64,000 nucleotides of DNA from Hamiltosporidium tvaerminnensis FI-OER-3-3 (lineage: Eukaryota; Fungi; Microsporidia): assembly GCA_022605425.2 (NCBI GenBank), contig CM061247.1:558001-622000 (forward strand), read 5' to 3'. Position numbers and translations under genes: made by a program. Below are positions 40,308 through 56,282 of the stretch, piece by piece; positions within the stretch are counted from its first letter, which is position 1; each line of letters begins with the position of its first letter. The notes beneath the pieces are model-generated. The model was not told the DNA's origin and did not search any database. It saw only the letters and a program-made list of their open reading frames with translations.

Positions 40308-41099
40308 ATGAAAGGGTAAATTTTTCGTTTTTTTTATTTCTTTAAAATCCCTTTTTTACACGTTTAAACAAGTTTATTAGTTTTTTAAAAAATTTATTTA
40401 TTGGATATATAAAGCAATGAAACTTGTCAAAGCTAGTTTATTTAAATTCGAACTGTTTAAATTTTAGGATTGGTCGTTTTTTTTAGTGAAGTAAATTATT
40501 TGTCTTTGAAAATTTGTTTGATAAGCATTTATGATAGAAGTATAAATTTGATATTTTTCAATTATTTGATAAATAGTTTTTTATGAATGAATTATTAAAA
40601 TAATTTTTATATTCTATTTAGCTAAAAGAAGATTCTTATAATTTTTCAAAATAAACAAAATTTCAGATTCTATTTGAAAAAAAAATTAATGAAAAAAGTA
40701 GCTGTTTTATTTAAAAATTTTATTTAGAAATAAAAAATTTCCAAAGTAAACAACTCAATTTATTGTAAAAAAATATAAGTCTTATTTTTTAATTCAATAG
40801 ATTTGCAAAATGATTGATATGTGGAAAATATCCCAACCAATAAATGTTCTTAGTTTGAAGTATTTCTTATGTACTTTTTTTATATATCTTTTTCATAGTC
40901 TAGTTTAGCTTGTAATATGAATTATTAATTAATTAAATTAAAATATAAAAAAATAACAGAATTGATTAAAATATTTTACCTGAATATTATATAGGCTTTT
41001 ATGATATTATTTTTGCAATTGAATTATCAAATTAAAAAATAAAATATTTAGAAAAATAAATTATTAAATATGTTTGATTTTAAAATATGTAAACAAAAA

Positions 41100-43400
41100 T
41101 AAATTACGTTTGATATATCTTTTCTATTTCTTAAGATTTTGAACTATATTGCTAACCAATCTAAATGGTAGAAAATGATCTTTATTTTGACTTATTCTTG
41201 AAAGAAAATTGACTTTGAAATAATAAAAACTGTAAAAAAAATATCTTAAAATTCTAGGTTTGAGGATTAGTAAAATTAAAAAGCCTACAATCTTTGATTT
41301 CGTGATTTTATGAGTTATTGTATAGGAAATTAGATAAAATCTAGAAACATTAAATAATTTATTATGTGCTAAGTTATCTCACTTTGTATTTTACTTGATT
41401 CATATTATGCTATTTTCTCTCTATTTGAACCGTTTTTATGTTTTATTGATTTGTATATTTAAAATCGAAGTATAATTTGATATATTTTCGTCTAAAATCA
41501 GAAGTTCGAAAATTATAAGCTAATAGGCTTAGCCTATTCATACGTATTGGCATAAATATATTATGAATTGTAGGTATATCTTACAATTATTTGCAGATTA
41601 CATATATTTAAATCTCCTTTTCGAATTTTTGATTGATTTTTTATATCAGGTATCTTTGTTAATCAAAGTAAATGGTCTTGATTATCATTTTGATCGTTAT
41701 TCGCTGTACAAATGTGAAGTTCCATAGTGAATTTATATTCTTTGAATTACATCTTTGATACATTGTTAAAATACCTTAAGTATCATATAACTACTGATCT
41801 CGATATATTTCAATGAATAAGAGTTGGTGTATTCTCAAATAATGCTTAATTCTTTATTTTCCTTTTTTAAACGATTTAGAGCGAAATTTGTAAGTAATTC
41901 CGATTTTAAAGTTTGTTATTTGTTCAAGTTTGTATCTGAAATAAATATATCAAATTGATTTTTCAGATATAAAACTTTTTGGTGTGTTATTAGTTCCTAT
42001 GAGATTAAATTAAAGAATAGATCTTTACTCATATATTATCGATTTACCAAATATAATATTTAAGAATTTACTGGAATGGAAAATTTTAGAATAGTTTATA
42101 TAGAAGCGTTAAAACCATTATAAAAAAAGTATTATTGTGATTGTTTAGCCTATATTTCTCATTTGATTTCATTAGCAAACTATTCTGCTTAACGCGTCTT
42201 TCTATGTTGCTTTTCAGTCTGAAATATTGAAAATAATGGTTGTTATACAAATAAATATACCAGAAGCGATTTATAATAATTCTAATTTATTAAAATTTAA
42301 TTTTGTGCTGGAAAATTAAGCTAAAAACCAATTAACCGTTCGTTAATTCAATCATTCGAAAATATTGAATTCTAGTTGTCTGGAATGCAAAATACACTTT
42401 GATATTCATTTTAACAATGAAATCATGAATTAGTAAATTTTTTCAACGAAAATAAACTTAATTCAATAAATTTCTGTTTAAAAGAAAATTATATATAATT
42501 CCAAGTACGTTTAAATTCTAAATTAATAATATTATATTTAACAAACACCAGAGGTTAAAGAAAAAAATTAGATTTAAAACCAGGCTCAATAATACTTTAG
42601 GGTAAGACTATGAGTTTTTTTTATCGTTTTTAAAGTCAAGTTCGAGTATTTACTTCAGACTAATTAGATTTTCCAGTTGTTTTTTTTAGTGACATTCTGT
42701 CTAATTACACTCAAAAAATTGAAAGTATTTCATAATAAATGGTGTTGAAATCATTAAACATTTTTTCTAAAGATTTCACATCTAAAAAATTTAGATTTTT
42801 TTAGCCTATTTTAGCAATAATTTAACCGAATATAGCATTTACTTTGAAATTTCATACAATTTTCTATTCTATTTAAAAATCAGTATTCCAGCATAATTTT
42901 TTTAAAAAGTATAGAATAAATTTTGACAAACTAAGTTTACTTTTAGAAAGCGTTGCATTTAAAATTGGTGATTTTTGGATCAAAATTTTAATATATAAAA
43001 AGATATTCAATTAAAAACCATTGTCTCACATTTTGCAAAAATAAATTTAATTTTCTATTTCATTAAAAATATCGAAGTATAATTTGAATATTAAAATCAA
43101 AGAAATCTGTTTATAACACGAAAAAAATGGACTTAAGCTCAACGTGAACCATCATAAACAAAATTATTCAATAAATGCTAATAAAAATGTTTTTAATTAT
43201 TTTGAATGTAAATATGTTTAAAAAAAGAGCCAGTATAAAATTAGATTTGAGCTTTTGATTTTTTTAAAACTTTAGAAAAAATTAAAACCTAAATATAATT
43301 CTTTAGCACATACTTTAATGTCTAAAACACGCATGATCTGTTTAAAAAAATCTAAGTATTAAGAACAAATATATTTTTATAAGATTATTAACAAACAGTT
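41100..43400 (+). pseudogene. Possible decayed LRR-family gene
   Basis: Scattered LxxLxL-type fragments (e.g. LDLS near 43181) in broken frames; boundaries approximate. Confidence 0.22.
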
Positions 43401-43433
43401 ATTTCCACTCAGCTTTATAAGTTTTCAATTAGT

Positions 43434-43708
43434 TTTCTTTAAAAAAGGACCGTATCGACTATAATTTTGAAAAATATACATTTAATTATAAATTCAATTA
43501 AATATTAAGTCAAATATCATAAAAAATACTTCTTATCGAGTATAATTTTAAAATATACATTTAATTATAAATTCGTTAAAATATTTAAGTCAAATATTCT
43601 TAAAAAAGGATCGTATCGAGTATAATTTTAAAATATACATTTATTTATAAATTCGTTAAAATAATGCATTCTAAGTTTCTTAAAAAATACTTCTTATCGA
43701 CTATAATT
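43434..43708. repeat. Tandem array, ~80-81 bp unit, ~3.3 copies with alternating variants
   Basis: TATCGA recurs at 43453, 43534, 43614 and 43695 in near-identical context. Confidence 0.88.
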
Positions 43709-44537
43709 AATCAAAAATAGAAATTCATGATATGAATTGGATTTTAATAATTTAAATTTTATTTATAAATGATTCTGCTGAAATTTCAATGCAATAGAAC
43801 TCTTTCAAAAGCACCAATTGAATATAAAAGTTAACACTAAATTGCTAGTGAATAAAAATATTCAAGTTTTTTTTATTTCCTTCGATATTTCTATATTATT
43901 TAAAAACTAAAAGAAAAATTTGAAATGTTTAAAATTACGATGCTAAAAACCTATGATTATAAATCAATTACAATCATAAAAAGTAAATTAATAGGTTATT
44001 TTTTGTATAATTCAAATATTGCGATCTTTGATCAAATATTATTTACGCATCTTAGTTTGAAAAATGAACTATAAGTTATTATATAAACTTTATTATTATA
44101 AAATTATTTTTAGATGACTTTCTTCGATTTCAAATAATAGGTTTTTAAAATATGAAAAAAATCAGTCTTTGGTAACTAAGTGATGTTTTTTTTATATAAT
44201 TTTGGGAAAATTAAAATGTCAAAAAATAAAGCTTAGTTTTCAATATTTTACTTAAAAAAATATTTATTCAATTATGAACCCGCAGGCTAATTATAAGCCA
44301 ATTCACCCATCCTATTATTTCTGCCTAATTTCAACATTCAAACTCCAATTTTTTCAGTATTATCCGTGGGATCTGAAATTAAATATATTTAGGATTTTTG
44401 TATTCTAATATTTACATCTTTTTCCTCATTCGTTTATAATAAATTTCTTTATATATTTTTTGACTAACCTCCAAAGTTGTGAATAAATTTATATTTTTCA
44501 CAAAAATCAAAAAATCGTTAAAAAAACCCCTAAATTT

Positions 44538-44780
44538 ATGGGAAGAAAGAAAACAAGAAGAAGTCAAATAAAAACAAAAAAAAGATCCGATAGGATGGAA
44601 AACCGTTTTAATTGCCCAGAATGTAACAATGAATCGGTAGTTAAATGTAAAATAGAAAAAAGTTCTAGATTAGGATACGCATATTGTACATTATGTGAAG
44701 CATCATATAAATGTTCTGTGAACAATCTTTCACACCCAGTTGATGTTTATTCTTCTTGGATTGATAATTTTAATAGGTAG
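44538..44780 (+). CDS. ELF1: Transcription elongation factor Elf1
   Basis: MGRKK, FNCPECN..SV, CTLC, LSHPVDVYSSWID; CCCC upstream. Confidence 0.95.
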   Translation: MGRKKTRRSQIKTKKRSDRMENRFNCPECNNESVVKCKIEKSSRLGYAYCTLCEASYKCSVNNLSHPVDVYSSWIDNFNR

Positions 44781-45122
44781 GAATATTTTGTAAGGAGGGT
44801 TTTAATTTTAAACAAATTTTGGTATTTTATAATTTTTAATTTTCTAATATATTTTATAATGTTTTAAGCCAAAGTATTTTAATATTATATATTGATTCAT
44901 GACCTTCTTGATTAAATATTTATTTCATTAAATTTATTTTAATTAAGAATTGTTTAAAAGGTAGATAAATTTCTTTTAGGTTTTCTTTCTTTTAAAATGA
45001 AATTTTTAAACGCTAAATATTTCGGTTTTTTACAGAATAGCTTAATAATTTGAAAGAAAAATATTAAGAAATATCTTAAATTAAAGATTTTAGGCGCAAA
45101 TTCAATACTTAAATCTAAAGTA

Positions 45123-46321
45123 TGTTTGGATTTTCGATGAAGGCTTGACAAAAAATGAAAATTTTTAGGAGTCAAAGCTTTTTTTACTCCTTTTTGTCAA
45201 TTTACAATAAAAAAAATTACAAAATACAAAATATATACGACCTTAATAAATATTTAAATTTTGCATTAAAATTTCTCACTTAAATGTAATTAAATTTTCT
45301 ATTTGTATGATACTTTTTAACGGTGGAGAGAGAACTATTTATCAAAATCTCTAAATGCAAATAAGAAACGACAGTGAATTAGAGGAGCATTTTTTTATTA
45401 CAACAACACGATTTGGTTTAATCATGTTTTATTTGAAATATAACTCTAAATGGCTTAATTCTTTTTTTAAGAAGTATTCGCTTTCGCGTACGGTTTTTGA
45501 TAAGATATATACCTAATATTGCTTCGGTGCAAGTAAAAATTTCAAAATTGGCTTCATGATGTAATTTATATCATTTTGGGATTTACATTTATACTGCCAT
45601 ATGATACCATCAGAGAAACGCATTGTTTTTAGGATGCAACTATAGCAGACTCTATTAAAGACTTGAGATACTAATAAAAAGTGATCGCTTGTATTCCTTT
45701 GAGAAAATTGGTGGTGGGCCCAGCGAAATAGTGTAGATAGACGAAACAGTTATGGGCAAGAGGAAGTATAACAGAGATCGTCTTATTAGCCAAAAGTAGA
45801 TGTTCGGAGCTATTTTGAGAACAACAAAGAGGTTCTAATGCAAATTGTTTCTAACAGAACGCTGGGTGCTTTATAAAATGCTGTATATAATTCTATCTCT
45901 TCAGAAAGTATAGTATATTCCAATTAACACCGACTATACCCATCAATATTTAGAGAGAATCAAGATTTTTCTTATAATAGTGTGAATCATTCAAAAAATC
46001 TGTATCAGAATCGGGTAGACATACAAACACAATCGAAAATTTATGGTCAAGATTCAAAGTTTTAAAATAAACCATAATTAATACAAATTCTTAAGGTAAA
46101 TGATTACATTTAAGAATATATTTTAGAAAAATCATCATGGTGCGACCCGTAGTACACTTTTTTTAAAAATTATTAGAACTTTTTATTAAATAAAGTGGTT
46201 ATTGTTTTACATGATTATATTAAATAAAAAGTAAATTGACAAAAAAGGGGTATAAAATAATGAAATTTTGACCTCTAAAAAATTTTCATTTTCCCTCTGG
46301 CATTCATCGAAAGTCCATCCC
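45123..46321 (+). mobile_element. Merlin / ISXO2 (IS1016-like) DNA transposon, inactive, with ~80-90 bp TIRs
   Basis: Broken transposase: GGGPSEIV*IDETVMGKRKYNR, VNHS, HTNTIENLWSRFK; imperfect inverted repeats at ~45123-45205 and ~46231-46321. Confidence 0.88.
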
Positions 46322-46804
46322 TAAAATTAAATAATTTTAAAAACGTTTGCCTATGTCTTATTTGCCATCTAATATAAAAACCAAATCTATTTTTTCAGAA
46401 GAATACATTAGATTATTAATATAAAACAACCAATTGATTCTCCAAAGCAGCATTTGATTCATTAAGTATCAGAATAAGATTCGTAAGCGGTTTCACTAAA
46501 AAAAAGATATCGATTATCGTTAGATCTATTTTTTTCTTTTAAACAGGTAATACAATTGTTAAAGGTTTTTCTCTAGTATTAATTTTTTTCGATGAAAAAA
46601 TTGCGTTAATACTTTCATTTATCAAATTACAACATTCACTCTATAATTTATACATTTGGAAGGAAAGGTTTGATTAATTTTTTTTATAGACCGATTATAA
46701 GTCTCTAATATTATTCTTTTCGGATTAAAATCCGTCTTTTATCCATGTTTTTAGATTTTAATATTTCTGATTAAATTAATTTATTTAATATTTTTAATCT
46801 AAAA

Positions 46805-50581
<3,777 letters not shown>

Positions 50582-50607
50582 TTAATCTAAAAAATATCCC
50601 CAGGTAA

Positions 50608-52863
50608 ATGAAATACATATATTTTGCGGCGATAATTTTTAGCAAATTGTGTGCAAATCAAATTATATCCTTCTATTTTAATAGAAAAGATTTAGATTTG
50701 GAAGAGAAATCGATAATACACAAAGATATAGAGCTCTCAAACGAAGAAATGCAACGGTTAAACGATCTAAGATCATATTGCGAAATGGTGAAAATAGTAC
50801 AAAATAAAGACGACACACTTTCACCTACAACAAATACAGATGATAATAGTATAAAAATAATCTATCCAGGAAATATCAAATTCAAAATAGGAATAATTGA
50901 GAATATGAAATCTACAACGAATCCGAAGTTTTATGTTGGCCATTTAATATCAAAAGAAGTATTCGAATATATGATCGAAATATTATGTGATATAAATCGC
51001 ATAAATTTCAAGTTACCTGCCTTTTTATATATACAGTTAATCAATGGTATTATTGGCTTAAAACCAGAAACAAATTTTTACTTTCGTAGCTTACTATCAC
51101 GTTTGAACTATTGGGCTTTTACTGGAAACCATTTAAATGAGATAATCGAGAATAAGAATAAGTTGGAATTTGATAATTCTTTTACAAAACAATTTTTTTA
51201 TATGACTGCTTTCATTTCATATTTGAATTATCTCAACATTTCTGTAACTTTTTTAAATTCAAAAATGATACTTTCAAGTTCAAGCATTACCAATTATAAT
51301 ACTTATCCGTCAAAAGAAAAATTAGATAATAGATACAATTTAATATTTGAAGATAAAACTTTGATGGTTTTTTTTACAAATATTAATGAACATAATAAAC
51401 TATTATATGAATGGATGTTCCTTGAAATGGATAATATTGAAACAATAACATTTTTAGATCTTAAGTCCTTGAATTATATTAATATTGAAAAATGTATAAA
51501 TTCCTTATTATACAAAGAAAATATGTCATTAAAAATCACCGAATGTCTTAATATAAAAAATTGGATAAGAAAGATAAATAAATTCAGAGTGAAAAAATTG
51601 AGAAAGATGAAATTAGAAGATATTCATTTGACTTTAGAAGATCTTTCAAGTTTTTTAGAATTCAAAAATATTGACAGCATTAAATTTGATAGTTGTAGTT
51701 TCGATGAGGGTGAAATATCGGGGGAATTTACATTTGAGTTTTCGTGCATTCAAATCAATAATATGAAAATCTGCAATCCTGTGGTTAGCTTTCTTAAAAA
51801 AGCATTTTTTAGGTTATTGTATCTAAAGAATGTGGAATTTATTAATTCCTTTGGTTTACTTAATACTTTTTCTGATACAAAAGCCTATAAATATGCCCAT
51901 GTAATAGAATTAACCGATTTAAATCTAAATAATAATTTTTTTGATTTACTATTTTATTTTAAAAACCTGGTGCTCATCGAAATAAAATCAGTGGAAAATG
52001 TATCTTTTAAAATTAAAGACAAAGAAGGGTTGGAATTAATTAGACTAAAAAATATTTTGATTAAAGATTGTGGTTTACCAGATGAAACAAGCAATATATG
52101 GTTTATTTCGAGTTTAGGTTGTTTGATATTATACCGAATTAATAATATTTCTGCATTTTTTAACAATTTAAAAGACAAAAAAAATACGGAATCATTAGAA
52201 ATATTAAAAATAAAGGATAGCCCCTTGAGCCATTCGGATATCGAAAATATATCAAAATTTTCAAACTTAAACATTCTGAAATTACACAGTTGTAATTTAG
52301 ATTCATCTCACTTAATTTACATTAAAAAAGTTACATCTCACGCTGAATTTCGCAAGATAATTTTGACAAATAATAAAATATATGAAGTGCCAGGTGAATG
52401 CAAGGGTATTTTTAAAAATCTTATGTTTGCTATTTTAAATAATTGTGGTCTTTGTGCGGGTTCTATAAGTTTATTATTTGAGGAAGCTACAATAAGTTAC
52501 ATCCAAGTCTTGGATTTCAGTTATAATTCTTTAAATAGAAATGATCTTATATTTATTAGCGCTTTTAAAAAATTGGTAGTCCTTAAAATAAATGGAGTAA
52601 AATTAGAAGGAGATGCGGAGCTTGATAATTTAACTTTGAAAGGTCTGACAAAAAATTTGAAATATTTGGAAATAAAACAGTTAAATATTAGTACGAAAGA
52701 TATCGAGGCATTGGCTAAATTTACGGTTTTAAACGAACTTAAAATATCGGAAGATTCTTATAAACTCTTAAAAAAAACTAATATAGAGATTCCCTGCAGA
52801 AATATTAGGATAGGAAAAAAGAAAGATTATGATTTCATTGATGGAATGGAAACTGATTCATAG
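50608..52863 (+). CDS. Secreted leucine-rich-repeat protein (lineage-expanded family)
   Basis: N-terminal signal-like MKYIYFAAIIFSKLCA; repeated LxxLxL units (LNILKLHSCNL, IQVLDFSYNSL); CCCC upstream. Confidence 0.8.
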   Translation: MKYIYFAAIIFSKLCANQIISFYFNRKDLDLEEKSIIHKDIELSNEEMQRLNDLRSYCEMVKIVQNKDDTLSPTTNTDDNSIKIIYPGNIKFKIGIIENMKSTTNPKFYVGHLISKEVFEYMIEILCDINRINFKLPAFLYIQLINGIIGLKPETNFYFRSLLSRLNYWAFTGNHLNEIIENKNKLEFDNSFTKQFFYMTAFISYLNYLNISVTFLNSKMILSSSSITNYNTYPSKEKLDNRYNLIFEDKTLMVFFTNINEHNKLLYEWMFLEMDNIETITFLDLKSLNYINIEKCINSLLYKENMSLKITECLNIKNWIRKINKFRVKKLRKMKLEDIHLTLEDLSSFLEFKNIDSIKFDSCSFDEGEISGEFTFEFSCIQINNMKICNPVVSFLKKAFFRLLYLKNVEFINSFGLLNTFSDTKAYKYAHVIELTDLNLNNNFFDLLFYFKNLVLIEIKSVENVSFKIKDKEGLELIRLKNILIKDCGLPDETSNIWFISSLGCLILYRINNISAFFNNLKDKKNTESLEILKIKDSPLSHSDIENISKFSNLNILKLHSCNLDSSHLIYIKKVTSHAEFRKIILTNNKIYEVPGECKGIFKNLMFAILNNCGLCAGSISLLFEEATISYIQVLDFSYNSLNRNDLIFISAFKKLVVLKINGVKLEGDAELDNLTLKGLTKNLKYLEIKQLNISTKDIEALAKFTVLNELKISEDSYKLLKKTNIEIPCRNIRIGKKKDYDFIDGMETDS

Positions 52864-53844
52864 CAATTAAAAATTCTTTATTTGTTTTCTTTTGAACAAT
52901 GCTTACAATTTTTTGTATCAGGCTTCATTTTAACTCAATAAAAATTTTATAATTAAAAAGAATATTTTTTTAATTTGATAGTACCTTGTTTTTCTTATAT
53001 AAAGTATTTTTTGGTTCTCTATATTTAAATTACATCCAAGCTTTCGCTTACGTTTGAAATATAATTGTTTTATTTGTTTACAAATTGTATTTAGGATTAA
53101 TATTCTGAAAAATTAGTATTAATCTTTTTTTATAGCAAATTTTTATATTTAATATTTTACTTATCTTAGTATAATTCATACTCAAAATTTTATACAGGTA
53201 TCTATCTATTCTATGATTATTCCAACTATTCGTACAAATATTTTGTATACATTTCTTTTTAGATTGTTCTTTTTCATACGGATGAAATACAATACATACA
53301 TGAAATAAAGCTTTGTCAGAAAATAAATGTTCAGTGGTAATTTATATTTCTAATGATAAGTTTTCACCATACGCAAATGATTACCGTACGAATGATACAA
53401 GGTTTATCAATCAAATATCAAACCCGGCTCTTCGAAAGCCAATCCCGATATTCGTAATCAAACTATTATCACAAGCATATTCATTGGTTAAAAAAATAAT
53501 TGAAATTACTTGTGGTTAAGCATTAATTTGAAAAACTATTTCTAACTTTTTCAAGTTGAAGCCATTATATACAAATATTTTTTTTAATAAGACCTATAAA
53601 AATATATTACCATTCCTTGGGGAAAATATTCAAACTGAAAATCCATCTATGATAGTAAAATTTATGACTTAAAATTCATTCATAAAAACAGAAATCATAA
53701 ATCAGTCTCAAGCCAGGAAATTAGATGTATGAAAATTTTTAGCTTATATGGTGTTTTAAAACATATATTCTAAAAAAAAACGTTCTCCTCAAATATTTTT
53801 TTACAATTATTTTTTTTAAAAATAAAACATATTTCTGTCCCTTT

Positions 53845-54375
53845 ATGGATGGAAAAAGTAGTGAGAAAATATCTGCGGATTTTTTTACACATTTATATGG
53901 AGCAACCGTAAAACATTTATTAAATGAAAATGAAGATTAAAATGATATTTTGATAAATGTAGGTGAGAAAATAGGAAATAGACTTATAGATGATTATTTT
54001 TATAGAATTAATTGTAAAAAAACCATGAATATAAAAGAAGTAGCAAATAATATTTGCGACACGTTTTTTCCTTTATATTTAGGATATTCTCCACAATTAA
54101 TTGAAAACAATGGTATTTTTTCCATTAAATTCGAAAGCTTCTATCTTCTAAAGTTTATTGATACAAGTAATGAAGAAATATTTTCTAAAAAAAATGTAAA
54201 ATTTTTGAATATGTTTGTCGGTATTTTAAAATCTGTATACTCTTATCTTTCTAGTAACAAGATAGTGTTTACAGATAATTCTGATAAGGAATTTATTATT
54301 TCAGTTTCTGAGGTACAAAAAAAAGAAAATGAATCCTTTGTAATTTTAGGCACCAAAGTAAATGTTGAAAACTGA
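53845..54375 (+). CDS. BET3: TRAPP subunit Bet3-like, interrupted by an in-frame TAA at codon 32
   Basis: MDGKSSEKISADFFTHLYGATVKHLL...*NDILINVGEKIGNRLIDDYF matches the Bet3 pattern LFTLTYG...GYNIG.RLIEDF; CCC precedes ATG 53845. Confidence 0.75.
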
Positions 54376-54509
54376 TTTATATAAAAATTTCCTTGTGCCC
54401 ATATTTTTAATTTCATTTATAATTTTATTAAACCGGTCAATATAGACGTGCTGAATTTAAAATAATCCCTAAAACTTATATTAAAATTGATTTCTATTTA
54501 CCATGTTTA

Positions 54510-55261
54510 GGTGGAGGGAGGATACCCACATAAAAAAACTTTCTGCTTGGCAATGAGTATGTTAATTGGTTTGAGGATCATTGTTTGGATTTTTGATGGG
54601 TATAAAACCACACAAAATCTTCGTTATTCCATGGGAGTTGTTATGAGGTTAAGAGGTCTAAGAAATGGAGAAACTTTTTCTACAAATTTATTTGTAGTTT
54701 TTTATGTAACCAGATTGCAGACCGCAGCTGAACATGTAGGTAAAGGCCATTTAAAAGCATAAAAACCTAGCCTTGCTCACTCAGGTCAGAAGACTTAGCG
54801 CCTGGGAGATATAAAATAAAAAACTATTTAAAGCAGGGAGAGCTAAGTAGCAAATTATACCTGTTGGTATGACATTGCACTATCTAGGTGGACCCCATGT
54901 AAGTCTCTGAAATATATCTTAGCTAGAAGTTTATTGGGTTCAGAATGTGTAGAGTAGGTGGGAATGCTGCATAGTCTTGAGGGAGCCCGGTAGGCTTCGG
55001 CTTTCGATCACAGTCTATGTAACAGACACTAAGAACACTAGGTAATACCTCGCCTATTAATTAAATTCTACATACCTTGTATATGAAAGGCTTTTGAACG
55101 TAGGTATCGCAGGGAGTACTGATGGAGTTTTGGGGTAGAAGTTATTTATGTTAAACCTAGAACTGCGTTAATGCAATGAAAACAAATATAACACTTGCCA
55201 CTATTTTAAAAAGATGTGATACTTTTAAATAAAGTAATAATAGTTCATTTTCTTTTTATAT
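54510..55261 (+). repeat. Dispersed repeat family, copy E
   Basis: Starts GGTGGAGGG; reverse complement of copies A, D and F along the full length. Confidence 0.92.
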
Positions 55262-56282
55262 GCCTAGATTTTCTTCTATTATTATTCCTTACAAATATTT
55301 TTATTTAAACATGATGATCTAATGCTTTAATGAGAAAAAATAGAACCTTTTTTTACATTTTTCTTTAAAATTTATATTCCTAAATCCCATCTCTTTGTGC
55401 TCGATTTTAATATATTTTTCAATGAGAAGAATGTATTTCAATTTAAGGTAAGACCACTTAAATTTTTTATTTTGGTTGATATTTGAAGTCTTTTAAAGAT
55501 ACATTTTATGATGCTTTTCATGGCCAGCATAGTTGTTTTTTGGAGTTAAACCGTTTGAATAGTATTTGTCGACGAAAATAGATCATTTTGTAAGAAAGAC
55601 ATATTAAAATGCAGTTCTTCTCAAAAATACAAATTTTTAAAAAATATAATTTCTACTTTAATGCGTCCCTATCATCAAAATTCGTATTTAAAACAAATAT
55701 ATCTGAACTTATATTGTATATTTGGCAAGATATCTTATTAAATGAAACTTCCTTTTTTTTAAAAATCAATTCTTAAAGATTTATTGGATAGAATATGTTT
55801 AAGTTGTTTGATTTAGGTAAATCAATATTTAGAATCGAAACAAAAAAATTCAAAATCTGTAAATAGAAAATTAATTTTGAGAAAAAAATAAGAAAATTGA
55901 AAATTTCTACTCAAATTCATTTTTTTTAATTTTCTTACATTTGATAAGAATAAAACACTTCAATATAATTTTTTTTCAATTTGAACTAATCAGAACCAAT
56001 AGAAATTTATATAAATCTTCTACAATCCCTATAAATTCTTTTTTCTAATTTTTTAATTTCAATTTATTATGAAATTAGGGTTTGTAAATTATTTTTTTCG
56101 ATCGGTTTTTTAACTTTCAATTTGCAACTATAATATCCCTTAATAATTATAAAAAAGGGTTTCATTCTCATTAATATTTAAACGATTATTTCCTTATGTG
56201 AACTACTTCTAATTTCAACGACATTTCAATTTTCATAAATAATATATATAGAATAAAATTAATTGAGATTTTCTCCCCATAA

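Noticed and set aside
43434-43708. CRISPR-like periodicity
   Set aside because: Whole units repeat with no unique spacers; eukaryotic context and no cas genes.
44270-44380. GC-richer patch with RNase P-like words (CCAATTCA, GGATCTGA)
   Set aside because: Motifs are in the wrong order and no P4 pairing is evident.
53938-53940. Genome-wide TAA reassignment
   Set aside because: FEN1, BUD32, MED7, HNT1 and others terminate at TAA at their expected ends.
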